A stretch of DNA of 64,000 nucleotides from Carcharhinus amblyrhynchos (Eukaryota): the NCBI GenBank assembly GCA_965287045.1, contig OZ336872.1, positions 74,710,001 to 74,774,000 of the forward strand. Reading direction: 5' to 3'. Under the pieces are notes generated by a model. That model saw only the letters and a list, made by a program, of their open reading frames with translations, made no database searches and had not been told where the DNA came from. Shown here one piece after another: positions 13,950 to 27,046 of this stretch; position 1 is the first letter of the stretch; each line of letters starts with the position of its first letter. The translations under genes were made by a program, and so were the position numbers.

Positions 13950-14597
13950 GTCAGGGTTTTACAGCACAGAAGGAGGCCCTTCAGCTCATCATGTCCATGC
14001 TGGCCATTAATCATCTATCTATTCTAATCTAATTTTCGAGCATTTGGCCTGTAGCCTTGTATGCTGTGGCATTTCAAGTGCACATCTAAATACTACTAAA
14101 GTGTTATGAGGATTCCCACCTCTACCACCCTTTCAGGCAGTGAGTTCCAGATTCCTACCACTCTGAGTGAAAAAGTTTTTTCTAAAATCCCTTCTAAATC
14201 TCCTACTCACCTTAAATCTATGACCCTTGGTTATTGACTCCTCTACTAAGGGGAAAAGTTGCTTCCTCTCCACCCTATCTATGCCCCTCATGATTTTATA
14301 CACCTCAATCAGGTCCCTCCTCAATCTTCTCTGCTGCAAGGAAAACAACCCCAACTTACCCAGTCTGTCTTGATAGCTGAAATGCTTCAGCACAGACAAC
14401 ATTCTGGTGAATTTTCTGTGTAATCTTTCTGGTGCAATCTGAACTACACACAGTGCTGTAGCTATGGCCTAACCAGCATTTTATACAGCTCCATCATAAC
14501 TCCCTGATTTTATATTCACTGCCTCAGTTAATAAAGGCAAGTGTTCCCTATGCCTTCATAGCCATTTTTCCTACCTGTCCAGCTGTCTCCAGACATC
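13950..14597 (-). mobile_element. CR1 LINE 3' end
   Basis: ORF 14133..14402 FSYQDRLGKLGLFSLQQRRLRRDLIEVYKIMRGIDRV...KNFFTQ is the typical CR1 ORF2 C-terminus. Confidence 0.9.
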
Positions 14598-14690
14598 TAA
14601 AAATCAGTTTTCTAAAATGGTGCAAGCATGCAAAACTTAAGTTAACATGGAGAGACTAGAGAAATTGAGGACATTTTCCTTAAAAAAAAA

Positions 14691-15800
14691 CCTGTATTGC
14701 ACTTTTCACAACTACTGGAATTCTTTGTGTGCTTTACAACCAATGAAATACTTTTGAAGTGTAGTCACTTATTATGTAGGAAATAAGATAGTCAATTTGC
14801 ACAGAGCAAGCTCCCACAAACAGCAATGTGACAATGACCAGACAGTGTAGTTCTGTGATGTTGATTAAAGGGTAAGTATAAACCAGGGCAGTAGGAATAA
14901 CTCTGAGCAAATAGTTTTGGTTTCAAATTCCACTCCTAGACTTGATGACCAAGGAAGATGCATTATGAGATCCTGAGGGGATTTGACAGGGTAGATAACA
15001 GATGGGTGTTCCCATTCGCGGCATAGGCTAGAACTAAATGACACAGTTTAAGATTAAAAAGAGGAGAATTCTTTTACATCTAAGGCTGGGTTAGACATTT
15101 CTTTGTTTCATAGAACTATGGGATATGGGGAGTGGGCAAGAAAATGGAGTTGAAAGTCAAGATTGGCCATGGTCATATTGATTGGCAGAGTAGGCACGAT
15201 GAGCTTTTTCTTATGAGCCACATAAGAAAAATTTAATCAATTGACCAGTAGCTTGGTGAAAGAGGTAGTTTTTAAGGCGTGTTTTAGAAGAAAGTTAGAT
15301 GAGAGATGTAGGGAGTGTATTCCAGAGCTTGCAGCCTAGGCAACTGAAGGCGCAACCACTAATTAAAATTGGGCAAGTACAATAGGCTGGAAATAGAGGA
15401 TTGTAGTATCTGAGTTTTGGAACTGGAGCAGATTGTAGAGATAGGGGAAGATGAGGTCATAGAGGGATTTGAAAATAAGGGTAAGAATTTTTGAATCAAG
15501 AACTACTTGACTGGCAGCTGATGTAGATCATTGGGCACAGGAAATATAGCGGGATGGGACTTGCTGTGCGTCAAGACATAAACTGCAGAGTTTGGATGAC
15601 CTCAAGTTTAAAGAGGTTAGAATGTTGGAGACCGGCTGGGGGTAGGTTGGAATAGCTTTGTCTAGAGGTAACAATGGTATCGATGAGGGATTCAGCTGCA
15701 GATGAGCTGAGACAGGGGCAATATTACAAAAGAGAAAAAAGAGAAAATAAGTGGGTAAGTGGTCTTGAGATCAAATGTGACACCAAATTGTGTACAGCAC
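14691..15800. mobile_element. Mosaic of a SacSINE-like tail (-), a CR1 3' fragment (+) and an L2 LINE 3' fragment (-)
   Basis: 14691-14900 matches the reverse of the 50210 SINE tail; 15640-15720 on the minus strand gives PCLSSSAAE...VTSR..YSN, an L2 ORF2 motif. Confidence 0.6.
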
Positions 15801-16425
15801 CTTCTGCAGTATAGCTTTCTCTCAGAAAGCTGACTGCAGTGTCAGCTTTCATAAGAGCAGAGAAGTTTCAGGAGAGATTTAACAGAGTTGTGCAAAATCA
15901 GGAATAATTGTGATAGACTAAATAACTTGGAGCTGTTTCCAGTAACAAATAGATTAGAGGACACAGAAATAAGGTAACTGGCAGAAGAGTCAGAGGCATG
16001 TTGAAAGTTTGCTCCTATGCAGTGAGTTGTGATCTAGACTGCCTGAAGCAGATTCAATAATAGCTTTCCAAAGGGAGTTGGATAAATACTTGGAAATTGG
16101 GAAAATTTGACAGCTCTTTAAAACAACCATCACAGTGAAACATCTTATTTTATGCTGTAGCATTCTAAAGTTCTGTCTGATTTGATCCTCCTTTTTATCG
16201 TAATGTAACTGAAGTACTTAATTACATCCAAGTGTTTAGTTTTATTTATTTTTTGGGGAGCAGCACAAAATCTTTCATCACTGAACACTCTAGATTTAAT
16301 CTGATCGTTCGGATTAATATTTCTTTTCTCTATCCAAGATATTTTACTTCTTTCTCTCTCTCTATCTGCAGCAAGTATGGGTAAGAGAACTGTTTCCAAG
16401 CTGAGGCCTGAAATGATCTTGAGTA

Positions 16426-16724
16426 GCGGCACAGTGACACAGTGGTTAGCACTGCTGCCTCACAGTGCCAGGGACCTGGGTTCGATTTCTGGCCTTGGTG
16501 ACTGCAGAGTTTGCATGTTCTCCCTGTGTCTGCATGGGTTTCCTCTGGGTGCTCAGGTTTCTTCCCACAGACCGAAAGACATGGTGGTTAGGTTCATTGG
16601 CCATGCTAAATTGCCCCTAAGTGTACACAAACAGGTGCCGGAGTGTGGCAACTAGGCAATTTTCACAGTAACTTAATTGTGGTGTTAATGTAAGCCTACT
16701 TGTGACACTAATAAATAAAAAAAA
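16426..16724 (+). mobile_element. tRNA-derived V-SINE-type SINE with a different 3' tail ending in AATAAA/poly(A)
   Basis: Head gtggttagcactgctgcctcacagtgccagggacctgggttcgat; tail ttcacagtaactt...aagcctacttgtgacactaataaataaaaaaaa. Confidence 0.88.
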
Positions 16725-17899
16725 GCTGCTGTGCTCTTCTGCTTCCTTTCCACTTGTCATTAACCTTGTAGATTCTGTTAAGCTCCTACGATGGCAACTT
16801 TTCAACAAATAATTCATCTTGGGGAGAATGCCCAATGAGCTATAAATGTAAGTTCTAGTTTATGGTGATTGTTCAAGCATTTGGATAGGCTTTTGTGAGC
16901 TTCCATGCTTTATGACCTGTAAGTTCCTGGACTGCATTTTGCAGAGGAGCACCCCTTTTGTTAAGTGAATGCTCACTGAAGGCATCACATTTTTGGGGAA
17001 ATCCAATGCTGCAGTTTTTGTAAGCCTGTTGTCAGCCTACAACATGGTCTGTATTAAGGGACTGGTGCTGAAATTTGTGAGGCTGACCCCCTGCCTCAAA
17101 GCACTACTCCAGCAATAGGCAATGCTGAATAATAGACAGTTAAGTATTGATTTGAGACAAGTCATTCTTTAACAGCAGACTTCCATAAGGCTTAATATTT
17201 GTGCTCCTCAGTGCCTTTGTGGATAATATGTTGCCAGTGAAGCCCTGCATATTTATAAATGCACATGCCTTGTCCTAGCAAGAAAGTCACCTCCAACCAC
17301 CTTGAGTTCATCTTTTATGAAGAACTAAACACTAAAGAGGAATATTTCAGGAAATAGCCAGGCCAATGCCTCACTAAACAACAGTGTCTGCATTCCTTCC
17401 GGATAATAAGAAGGCTATGTGCACCCTGAAAGTCACCTTCTGTGACAATAATGTGCAATATTAGCCCCACTCTGATCTATTTCGAAGTGAAGCTGGTCCG
17501 CATGTTAATCACCCACCTGAAGAAAGCCACCAAAATGGACATCAGGATCAAGTGGTCCAGATATTGGCAAACACATACCAGCGAACACCATCAGTGAAAG
17601 CCCTTGTGTACTCTAGCTGAGTAGAGTACTATACAAGGGGATGGATGAAAGGTAGCCACATTTGGCTTGCTAATGTCCAACTGAATTCTGCATACAATGT
17701 TGCATATTACTGGTATCCTTGAGTTGCGTCCAACACCCTGTCTGCTGTTCTTTTCCCAGCCACTTGCTACAATGCTATAACTCTCCCGGAACGCCAATGA
17801 AATTCATGGGCAACCTTAAACCACACCTGCACAAACCATGGCAGAAATTGTAACTTGATGCATAGTTGGACAATTAAAAGCTCTCCATTGTGTTATTCT

Positions 17900-19968
17900 G
17901 GTCACCCAGCTGGCTCACTAATGTCCATGCTTTATGGAAGGAAACCTACTGTCCTTACGTGGTCTGGACTACGTGACTCCAGACCCACAGCAATGTGGTT
18001 AACTCTGAAATGACCTAGCAAGCCACACAGTTGTGTCCAACTGCTGCAAAGAAAACAAAGGAATCGACCTAGGCACTGGAAATGACAATAGCAAACCCAA
18101 CCACGTGGACCTTACAAAGGGCCCCTTAACTAACATTTGAGGACTTGCGCTGTCTCTGACTAGTCTAGCAACAGCATAGTCATGACATAGTCATACTCAC
18201 GGAATTATAATTTACAGATAATGCTCCAGAAACAATTATGGAGGAGGCTCCATAAATATTTCCATCCTCAATGATTGGGGAACCCAGCACGTCAGTGTAA
18301 AAGTATTTGCAACAATCTTCAGCAAGTGGATGATGCATCTTGGCCTCCGCTGGAGGTCCCCAGCACCACAGTTTCAGTCTTCAGCCAATTTAATTCACTC
18401 TACGTAATATCAAGTAACCACTGAAAGCACTGGATACCACAAAGAGCCTGACAATATTCTGGCAGTAGTACTGAAGAACTTAAGGATTTGCCACACTCCT
18501 AACCAAGCTGTTCCAGTACAGCTACAAAACTGGCATCTACCCATCAATATGGAAAAATGTGGCGTCCTGTACACACGAAGGACAAATCCAATCTGGCCAG
18601 ATATTGCCCCATCAGTAAAGTGATGGAAGGGGTCATGAACAGCACTATCAAGTGACATTTGCTTCGCATTAATGTGCTCACTGACGCTCAGTTTGGTTTT
18701 CACCAGGATCACTCAGCTCCAGACCTCATTACAGCATTAATTTAGATGTGAACAAAATAACTGAGTTTCATCTCTGAATTTAGAGGTGAGGTGAGGTGTC
18801 AGTGACTACCCTCAGCATTAGGCAGCATTTGACAGAAGCCTGAGCGAAAATGAAGTCAGTGGAAATGCGGGAAGGGAGGAGGAGGGAGGGAATCATCCAC
18901 TGGTTGGGATCGTACATGGCACAAAGGAGGATGGTTATGGTGGTTGGAGGTCAATCATCTCAGTTCCAGGACATCATTGCAGGGGCTCATCAGGGTAGTG
19001 TCCTAGGCCCAGCCATCTTTAGCTGCTTCATCAAAGATCTGTCTTCCATCATAAGGTCATAAATGGTATGTTCACTGATAACTGCACCATGTTCAGTATC
19101 ATTTGTGACTCCTCAGATATTGAAACAATCCATACCCAAATGCAGCATGTCCTGGACAATAAATATCCAGGCTTGGGCGGATAAGTGAAAAGTAACATTT
19201 GTGCTGCATAAGTGCCAGACAATGACCATCTCCAGCAAGAGAGAATTTAACCATAGCCCCTTGACATTCAATAGCATTACCTTCACTAAATATCCCACTG
19301 TCAACCTCCTGGGGGTCTTCATTGACCAGAAACTGAACTGGACTATTCATATAAACACTAGCTGTAAAAACAGGTCAAAAGCTAGGAATGCTGTGGTGAG
19401 TAACTCAACAGCTGACTCCCCAAAACCTGCCCACCTGCTCGTCAGTGTGATGGAATACTCTCCACTTGCCTGGATGAGTGCAGCTCTAATAACACTTAAG
19501 AAACTTGATACCACCCAGAACAAAACAGCCCCCTTAATCAGTATCCCTTCCACAAACATCAACTCTCTCAACCAAAAGTGAATATTAGCAGCAGTGTGTG
19601 TACAATCTACAAGATGCACTGCAGAAACTCGCCAAGGCTCATTAGGCAGCAACTTCTCAGTCCAAGATTACTACCATCTAGAAGGACAAGGATAGCAGAC
19701 ACCTGGGAACAAGACCACTTGTAAGTTTTTCTCTACATCACTTACCATCCTGACTTGGGAATATATTGCCATTTCTTCACTGTCACTGGATGAAAATCCT
19801 GCAACACTCTCCCTTCCTAACAGCACTATGGGTGTACCGACAGCTCAGGGACTGCAGTAGTTCAAGATGGCAGCTCACTACAGTTTTGTCAAAGGCAGCT
19901 AAGATGGGCAAAAAATGCTGACCTGGCCTAGCTTGCAAAGCCCACATCCCGTAAGTGAATAAAGAAAA
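17900..19968 (+). mobile_element. Decayed CR1/L2-group LINE, internally deleted
   Basis: RT remnants WLGSYMAQRRMVMVVGGQSS...AGAHQGSVLGPAIFSCFIKDL and NLLGVFIDQKLNWTIHIN...SVMEYSPLAWMSA. Confidence 0.88.
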
Positions 19969-20231
19969 GCTTCCTTGGAATGGCAATCAGCTCAGATTGC
20001 CACTCTGCATCCACTTACTGCACTAAATCTTTTCAGTGCCTGTCTCATCCTATATTACTCATGCAAGCAGGGTGAGATTCAGGCAGCAGAGTCCCTGGCT
20101 CTAATGTTGCAGTCTAAAAGAAGCAGAATAAAGGAGTACATTCCTTTTTTTTAACACACTAGCTGCTGTGAAGCGGGTTTAAAGGTCCTGTAGAAAACAA
20201 TAGGCCAGGGCAAGTAAGTACCCAAGGTATA

Positions 20232-20479
20232 TGAATGGTAAGTGACTTGGAGAAGAACTTACAAGTGGTCTTGTTCCCAGGTATTTATTATCCCTGTCCT
20301 TCTTGGGATTTGGAAATTGCTGCCTACGAGCCTTGGTGAGTTTCTGCAGTGCATCTTGTAGATCGTGCACACACTGCTGCTAATATTCACTGGTGGTTGA
20401 GAGAGTTGATGTTTGTGGAACAGGTACCAACCAAGGGGACTGTTTTGTTCAGGATGGTGTCAAACTTCTCAAGTGTTGT
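20232..20479 (-). mobile_element. Fragment of the same LINE family in reverse orientation
   Basis: Reverse complement of ~19490-19740 (ctgcagtgcatcttgtagat...cacactgctgctaatattcact). Confidence 0.8.
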
Positions 20480-20882
20480 TATTGGAGGGGATGGGGCATA
20501 GGATCAGGAGAAGGGAACGGTTTGATTTGATGGGTTTGGTCTGACCTGGTGGGGCTTGGGGCAGACACTATCGTACAGGGATGATAGTGATCATTGGGGT
20601 TGAGGTTGTCCAGCTGGATTTTGTTGGGGGCGGGGGGGATGAGCAGTAGATGGGAAGTACCCAGGAGTCGGGGATTTTGGGGCCATCTCACATGGGGTCA
20701 GAGAGCGTGAGTGGGCTGCCCTGATGGGGTCAGAGTGCATGAGTGGGCCACCCCATGTGGGGTCGCAGAGCATGAGTGGGATGTCCTGCGTTTGGGGAGG
20801 TGGGTGGGGGAGAGACCTCTCATATGAGGGGGCTGGTGGCATTCTGCATGAGGGGGTCGGGGGGTGGGGGGGGGGGGGGGGG
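20480..20882. repeat. G-rich low-complexity tract with three ~31-bp tandem units (~20691-20785) and a G17 run (20866-20882)
   Basis: Units atggggtcagagagcgtgagtggg / atggggtcagagtgcatgagtggg / gtggggtcgcagagcatgagtggg. Confidence 0.8.
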
Positions 20883-20890
20883 TGTACATC

Positions 20891-21017
20891 CCACTGACTG
20901 CTGAAGGAGCCACGCTCCGAAAGCTTGGGCTACCAAATAAACCTTTTGGACTTTAACCTGGTGTTGTGAGACTTCTTAGTGTGCCTACCCCAGTCCAATG
21001 CCAGCATCTCCACATCC
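20891..21017 (+). mobile_element. Penelope-like element terminal repeat with a decayed minimal hammerhead motif
   Basis: ctgctga-aggagc-cac-gctcc-gaaagctt followed by aaataaacc..ttggactttaacctggtgttgtgagacttctt..ccccagtccaatgccagcatctccacatc, a terminus I recognise from shark Penelope-like repeats. Confidence 0.7.
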
Positions 21018-22056
21018 CAGCACAATATAATTGTCCTGGGGAAGTTGGTGCTTCTGGACAATTGCTGTGTAAACTCTCACCTGGAACTTCTGAAATGGTT
21101 TCCCAGGGCATCTTTAGGGTTAGCCTCCCCATATATGACACTGGCGAGTGAGAAAGTTATTGCCCAATGTTACATTGGATTGAGAAAGCGTTTTTTAAAA
21201 TTCCAGCAACATAAAAGGAACAAAGTTTAGGAATGGTGTATTGTGTTATTGCCATTGATTTTGTGTTTTCTGGTCTGTTGCTTAAGTCTTCCTCACTGTT
21301 ATGCCTCCATTGATGAGAATATACCTGTTTTTCCTGAATTAGTTTCATAGGATGAGGCTGACAATTGCTCCAGGGTTAAGGGAGCTCAATACTGGTTCAG
21401 AGTACTTGGGCTCAATCTTTATGCTCTGTGACTTGGTGATTATGATTAAATCACAGAAAAATGATTTCTTAACACATTTTACGCTCCAGCAACCAAAAGG
21501 AAGAGGTGAAGAGGAGTAGAATTTAGAAAAGAATGTGCACTGAGAAGATTGGTTAAATCTTTTTGTTTGAATCAAATTGAGAAATATCAATGTTGCAACA
21601 TCGAATGGAACAGCTCTGTGGTGTTGCTGTTAACATTATATTGAAGATTATTGTCAATCTGCCAGAATATATTGAGTGAAAGTTCTCATTGCAAGAAGTG
21701 TTGACAGTGAATTAATTTAAGAATGAGAAGTATGTATTGTATTCTGTGACATGTCTTCTAGCAGGAAGGAGCATTGGGAATTAACATAGTATTGTGGAAC
21801 AAATGAAAATACTGAGGCCAATATATAAATGTAGAACTAGGGTCATTCACACACTGCTGTTCAAGATGAAAATTTAGCACTACTGGTTTATGCAGAGTGT
21901 AAAGCCTCATTTAATACTGAATGTGATGGTGAAGTATTGTGTAAAATCATAACTATGCATTCTTTTAGCTTTTAACTTTTAACTTACCTAATGAATATGT
22001 AAGTAATTTTTCTAGTTTAGTTCTTGAGTTCTAATTTTTTTTATCTTCAATTTTAG

Positions 22057-22125
22057 AATCGAGTTTGGCAAAGAGATCACAGAGACCTTCGTGCAATCCA
22101 GCCAGATTCAGCATATTATAATGAT
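22057..22125 (+). CDS. WDR33: WDR33 exon 3
   Basis: ttttag|AATCGA...AATGAT|gtaagc; [23 protein letters not shown]; 69 nt; absent from the ORF track. Confidence 0.96.
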
Positions 22126-22489
22126 GTAAGCATCACAAAGACAAAGTCTTTGTAAATTTGCTGCGCCAATTTAGTTTGCTGCTCGTGTTAGGTGATCCTG
22201 TTATGCTGGTGGTGTGGTTGGTCATTTTAATTCAGTTCTACTTTGGTGGCAATGGTATTGTTTTATTTTTGTATTTCGGTAGCAGAACAACTGGATGCTG
22301 CTCATTATGAACTTTTATTTCATTAACATTATTCTGTTTGTGTATGTAACTCAAATAAATTATTTCACAAGAATTAGCCTGATGAGAAGTAAATCAAACT
22401 AAGGCACACTTACGGTTAATAGCTTTGACTGAAGAAAGAATGCAGCTTAGATTAAAACTACATCAAAGAGACAGTTATACATCATGTCG

Positions 22490-24870
22490 AACATGGACAA
22501 AGAAATTCCTGCTGGTTACCACCTATTGTCCCCCTTCAGCTGATGAATCAGTACTCCTCTATTTTGCACACCACTTTGAAGAAGGACTGGAAGAGAAAAG
22601 CTACAGAAGATGTTAGGTTGGGAACTTCAATGTCCATCACCATGATGCAGCAACACCATTACCGGCTGTGGTCACTGAGCCCTGAGGCACATAGCTGCCA
22701 GGCTGGACTGTGGCAGGTGATACGAGAATTATAATGAGGAAATAACCTATTTGACCTCAACCTATTAATCCACCTATTGCAGATTCGTCTGTCTGTGATA
22801 ATGTTTGTGATAGAATCATCTTCGTACTGAGGACACCCTTCAAGTGCTCTGTAATCCTATCACTAAATGAAATAGATTCAGAACAGATCTAGCAGCTTAA
22901 AACTAGGTATCGGTGAGGTGCTGTGGGCTATTAGCTGAATTGAATTCTGCCAAATTTGTAACATCACAGCGTTGCTTACTTACTGCACTACCAAGTAAGG
23001 GTACAACCTCTGGTTCAACAAGGAATAATGAAGTGCATGCCAAGAGCAGCTCCCGATATATTGGGTGCCAACACGTGTATATTAAGCAGTAAAAGCTGCT
23101 TGCAGTAGATGGAACAAAACAATTTTCTAACCAGCAGATTTATACTCTATAGTCCTGTCGCATTCAGTTTTAACTGGTAGTGGACAATTAAACCATTAAC
23201 AGGAGGAGGCTCTAAGAACATCCCTATCACCAATGATAGTGGCAGCGAGCAGAAGTGCAAAAGACAAAGCTGAACCATTTACAACCATCTTCAGCCATAA
23301 AGTACCTAATAGATGATCCATCTTGACCTCCTCCTATGATCTAAGAACCCAATCTTGAACTAATTTGATTCACTCCATGTGATATCAAGAATTGGCTGAG
23401 CACATCAGCTGTAGCAAAGGGTTGGGCCTAATATCAGTCTGGCTGTAGTGTTGAAGACTTGTGCTCTAGAAGTGGCCATATCTCTAGTCAAGCCCTTTCT
23501 GTACAATTAGAACACAGGCGTAGACTTGACAAAGTGAATACTTGCCCAGGTATGTCATGCCACAAATACAGGTCAAATCCAGTGTGGTTAATTCTTGTCT
23601 ATCAGCCTACACTTGATATCAGCAAGGTCATGGAGGTATCACTGACAGTGCTATCAAGCAGCACTTGCTCCCCAATAAGCTGTTTGAGAAAACACTCATT
23701 CTGGATTTGACTAGGAGCTCTTGGCTCCAGATCTTATTCCAGGCTTGGACCAAGCATGGACAGAAGAGCTAAATTCTAAAAGTGAGGTGCAAATGAATTC
23801 TCTTCCAAAATAATTAAAATTGAATCCAGATGGTAAGGTGGGGTGAGGGTGATACTGCACTAGCTGCAGTCATACGTACTACAAAGGAAGACGCTTTTGA
23901 CTGTTAGGAGATCAATTGTCTTAACCTAGGATATCAGTGCAAGAGTTCTTCAAGGCATTGTCCTAGGCCCAAACATCTTTAGCTGTTTCTCTCCAATGTA
24001 AATTCAGAAGTGGATAGTTGCACAGCATTTAGTTCCATTTGCTACTCAAATAATCCAACAGTTCCTGACTGCAGACCTGGATATTACTCAGGCCTGGGCT
24101 GATCAGTGAGCACTTACGTTCACAACCAAGAAGTGCCAGGTAATGACCATTGCTAGTAAAAGATAATCCTGGCACCTTCCCCCATGAAATTTAATGCATG
24201 CACCATCACCACAATCCTCACCATTGACATCCAAGGGATTATCATTTGACCAGAAGTTTCACTAGATTAGCCACACACACACACACATTCTCTCTCTGTG
24301 GCTACAAAAGCAGATAATAGATCAGAAGCTGAATATCCTGCACTAAGTAACTCAGCTGCTGTCTCCCCAAGTACAAGTTGAGAGTATGATGAATGCTCCC
24401 CACTTGCCCAGATGAATGCAACTCCAACAAAACTTAAGAAGCTCAACTTCATGCAGGACAAAGCAGCCCACTTGATTGTCATCCCATGCACCACCTCAAG
24501 CATTCACTTTCTCGTCCCCTGGCATACCCTCGCTAAGTTTCTTCTTGGCAAGAAACTTGCTAAGGTTTCTTCAATAGAACCTTCCAAACCCACAACTCTA
24601 CCACTAAGAAGAACAAGGACAGCAGATGCGTAGGAACACACCACCACCTGAAGGTTCCACCTATTGGACAAGAAATTATACCGCTGTTCCTTCAGCGTTG
24701 TTGGGTCAAAATCCTGGAACTCCCAAACAGCACTGTGGATGCACCTACACTGCATGGACTGTAGTGGTTCAAGAAGGTGGCTCACATCTCCTTCATGAGG
24801 ATAGTTAAGGGTGTACAGTAAATGCTGACTTGGCAATGACATCCACATCCTGTAACTGAATTAAAAGGAA
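22490..24870 (+). mobile_element. Decayed CR1/L2-group LINE (endonuclease to 3' end)
   Basis: LLVTTYCPPSADESVL endonuclease remnant; MNATPTKLKKLNFMQDKAAHLI RT C-terminus; same tail as the 17900-19968 copy. Confidence 0.85.
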
Positions 24871-25551
24871 AAAGATTGCAGTAAGAACCAAGACTGGATG
24901 TAACTGAGTTCAGGAGGAAAATGGCACTTTGCTTCTGATCACTGAGGAAACTGCAACAAACATGATACAATTATTGGTTGTGTGGCATTATGCCCTGTGG
25001 AGAAGATTGGTGCAGTACTGTGGATAGCATCGGGGACTAACTCAATGTGAAAGAATATCTTAGCAAGAATGCAACACCCATCTAAGAAAATTAAAAATAG
25101 GATTTTTAAAAAATGAAGTGCTTGAGCATTCTGGCAGAATTAGTGGGAAATACTCTGCATTCGAACCTCAACAAATAAATGTAATATTCCAGGATATTAT
25201 ACTTTATAGGGAAGAGGCAGACAGATGAATGTGGGGTATTAAGTTTTTTTTATTGGTTTTGTTCTAATGTTGGTGATTCAGGTATGTGGTTCTTCATTGA
25301 CCTGCCCCAGTTATTGTTGTGCTGGTTGCAGCATTGTGTTGGTCTGGCTTAAATTTCAGCTAGACTATTGGGTTGGTCTGGGTTGTTTTTGGTTGTGCAG
25401 TTGGGTTGGTTTGATTTATGTTTTTTAGTCTGATTTATGATTTTTGGTTGGTTCCTTGCTGCTGGCTAACTTGGCTTTCTTATGGATCTGTACCATTGTT
25501 TGGTTCTATTCATGCCTGTACTGTTAGTTGCTGTTACCACCTAATACATAG

Positions 25552-25722
<171 letters not shown>

Positions 25723-26037
25723 TAGATTGTAATTTTTTTGACCTTGTGCCAAACTGGTTTGTTAAATGGGAATGAAATCACTTTTTAAGAGTCTGTGAGC
25801 TGCACTTCCCACGACTTTGGACTAAGAAACATCTACTAACCAAGGTCCCATTGATACTTACATTATAATGAATAGATTGATGGACTTGAATCAAATTTGG
25901 TTATATATTCTGATTCAAAAATATGGTAGTGGAACTGGCATACAACAGTGGCAACGTGACGTATAATCGGGAAAAGCCTCTTTCATTCAATTTTTCTCCT
26001 CCAACCTATCTTTTATCCATTCAAAATTGGTCAATCT

Positions 26038-26144
26038 GCAGACACGTGGAGAATATGCAAACTCCAGAGACACCTGAGACTGGAATTGAACCCGGGTCCT
26101 TGGTGCTGTGAGGCAGCAGTGCTTACCATTGTGCCACATGCCGC
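26038..26144 (-). mobile_element. Truncated V-SINE head
   Basis: ggaattgaacccgggtccttggtgctgtgaggcagcagtgcttaccattgtgccac is the reverse complement of the SINE head. Confidence 0.85.
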
Positions 26145-26947
26145 TTGCCATTGTACCACCGTTCTACCCAACATCACTTATATATAACTGGAATTTACTT
26201 TCAATTATTTGTTTTACCTTGGTTGTTTTTTGCACTGACATTAATTGCACTTATTAGTCATTACTATTTTTTCCATATCTTTTGTCATCTAAATCCATTT
26301 ATTACTTTTGCTCTATTTCTTGGTCAGAACATTTTGTTTCTGTGCATAATGTAGATACACTGTTCATGAAAAATTCATCAAGATCATTAATGTTTTGAAC
26401 AGTGGGAATTCTATTCCAGTTCAAATCCCTAAACCTGTTCTCTTTCAGGTTTTTTTTGCATCTGGATTTAACTCATATAGGCACAAGAAAACCTTTGCTT
26501 CCAAACTAGCTGACAAGCTGTCACTTGCAGTTCAAGCAACACATGTCATGTGCAAACAACTCTGGAGAGGCAGCAGTCGGAGTGTGAATTCCATTGTATT
26601 CAGCAATCAAAGACATCATTGCTTTACCTAAGGGATTGGTTTTGATGTTTGTAAATTGAAATGCTACTGTCTTAAAGATGCCATATAAATGCAAACTTTG
26701 GTGTGCTGCCACAGAAGTAACAAAATTTCCCATCTGTATCAATTTGGTCTCAAATATATATACATTCCAGAATAATGTTTAATAGCCTCAAGAAAAGCTT
26801 TATATTCAAAATGTGTTTAATTATTGAACTGAAATGCCTCTTCCTGTTGCTGCAGTGTATAAATGAAAGAGATAGCTGTAAATATTTTTTGTACTGAGTA
26901 TTGAACATGTTTGAATATCTGAATAATTATTTTTGTTCTATGTTTAG

Positions 26948-27046
<99 letters not shown>

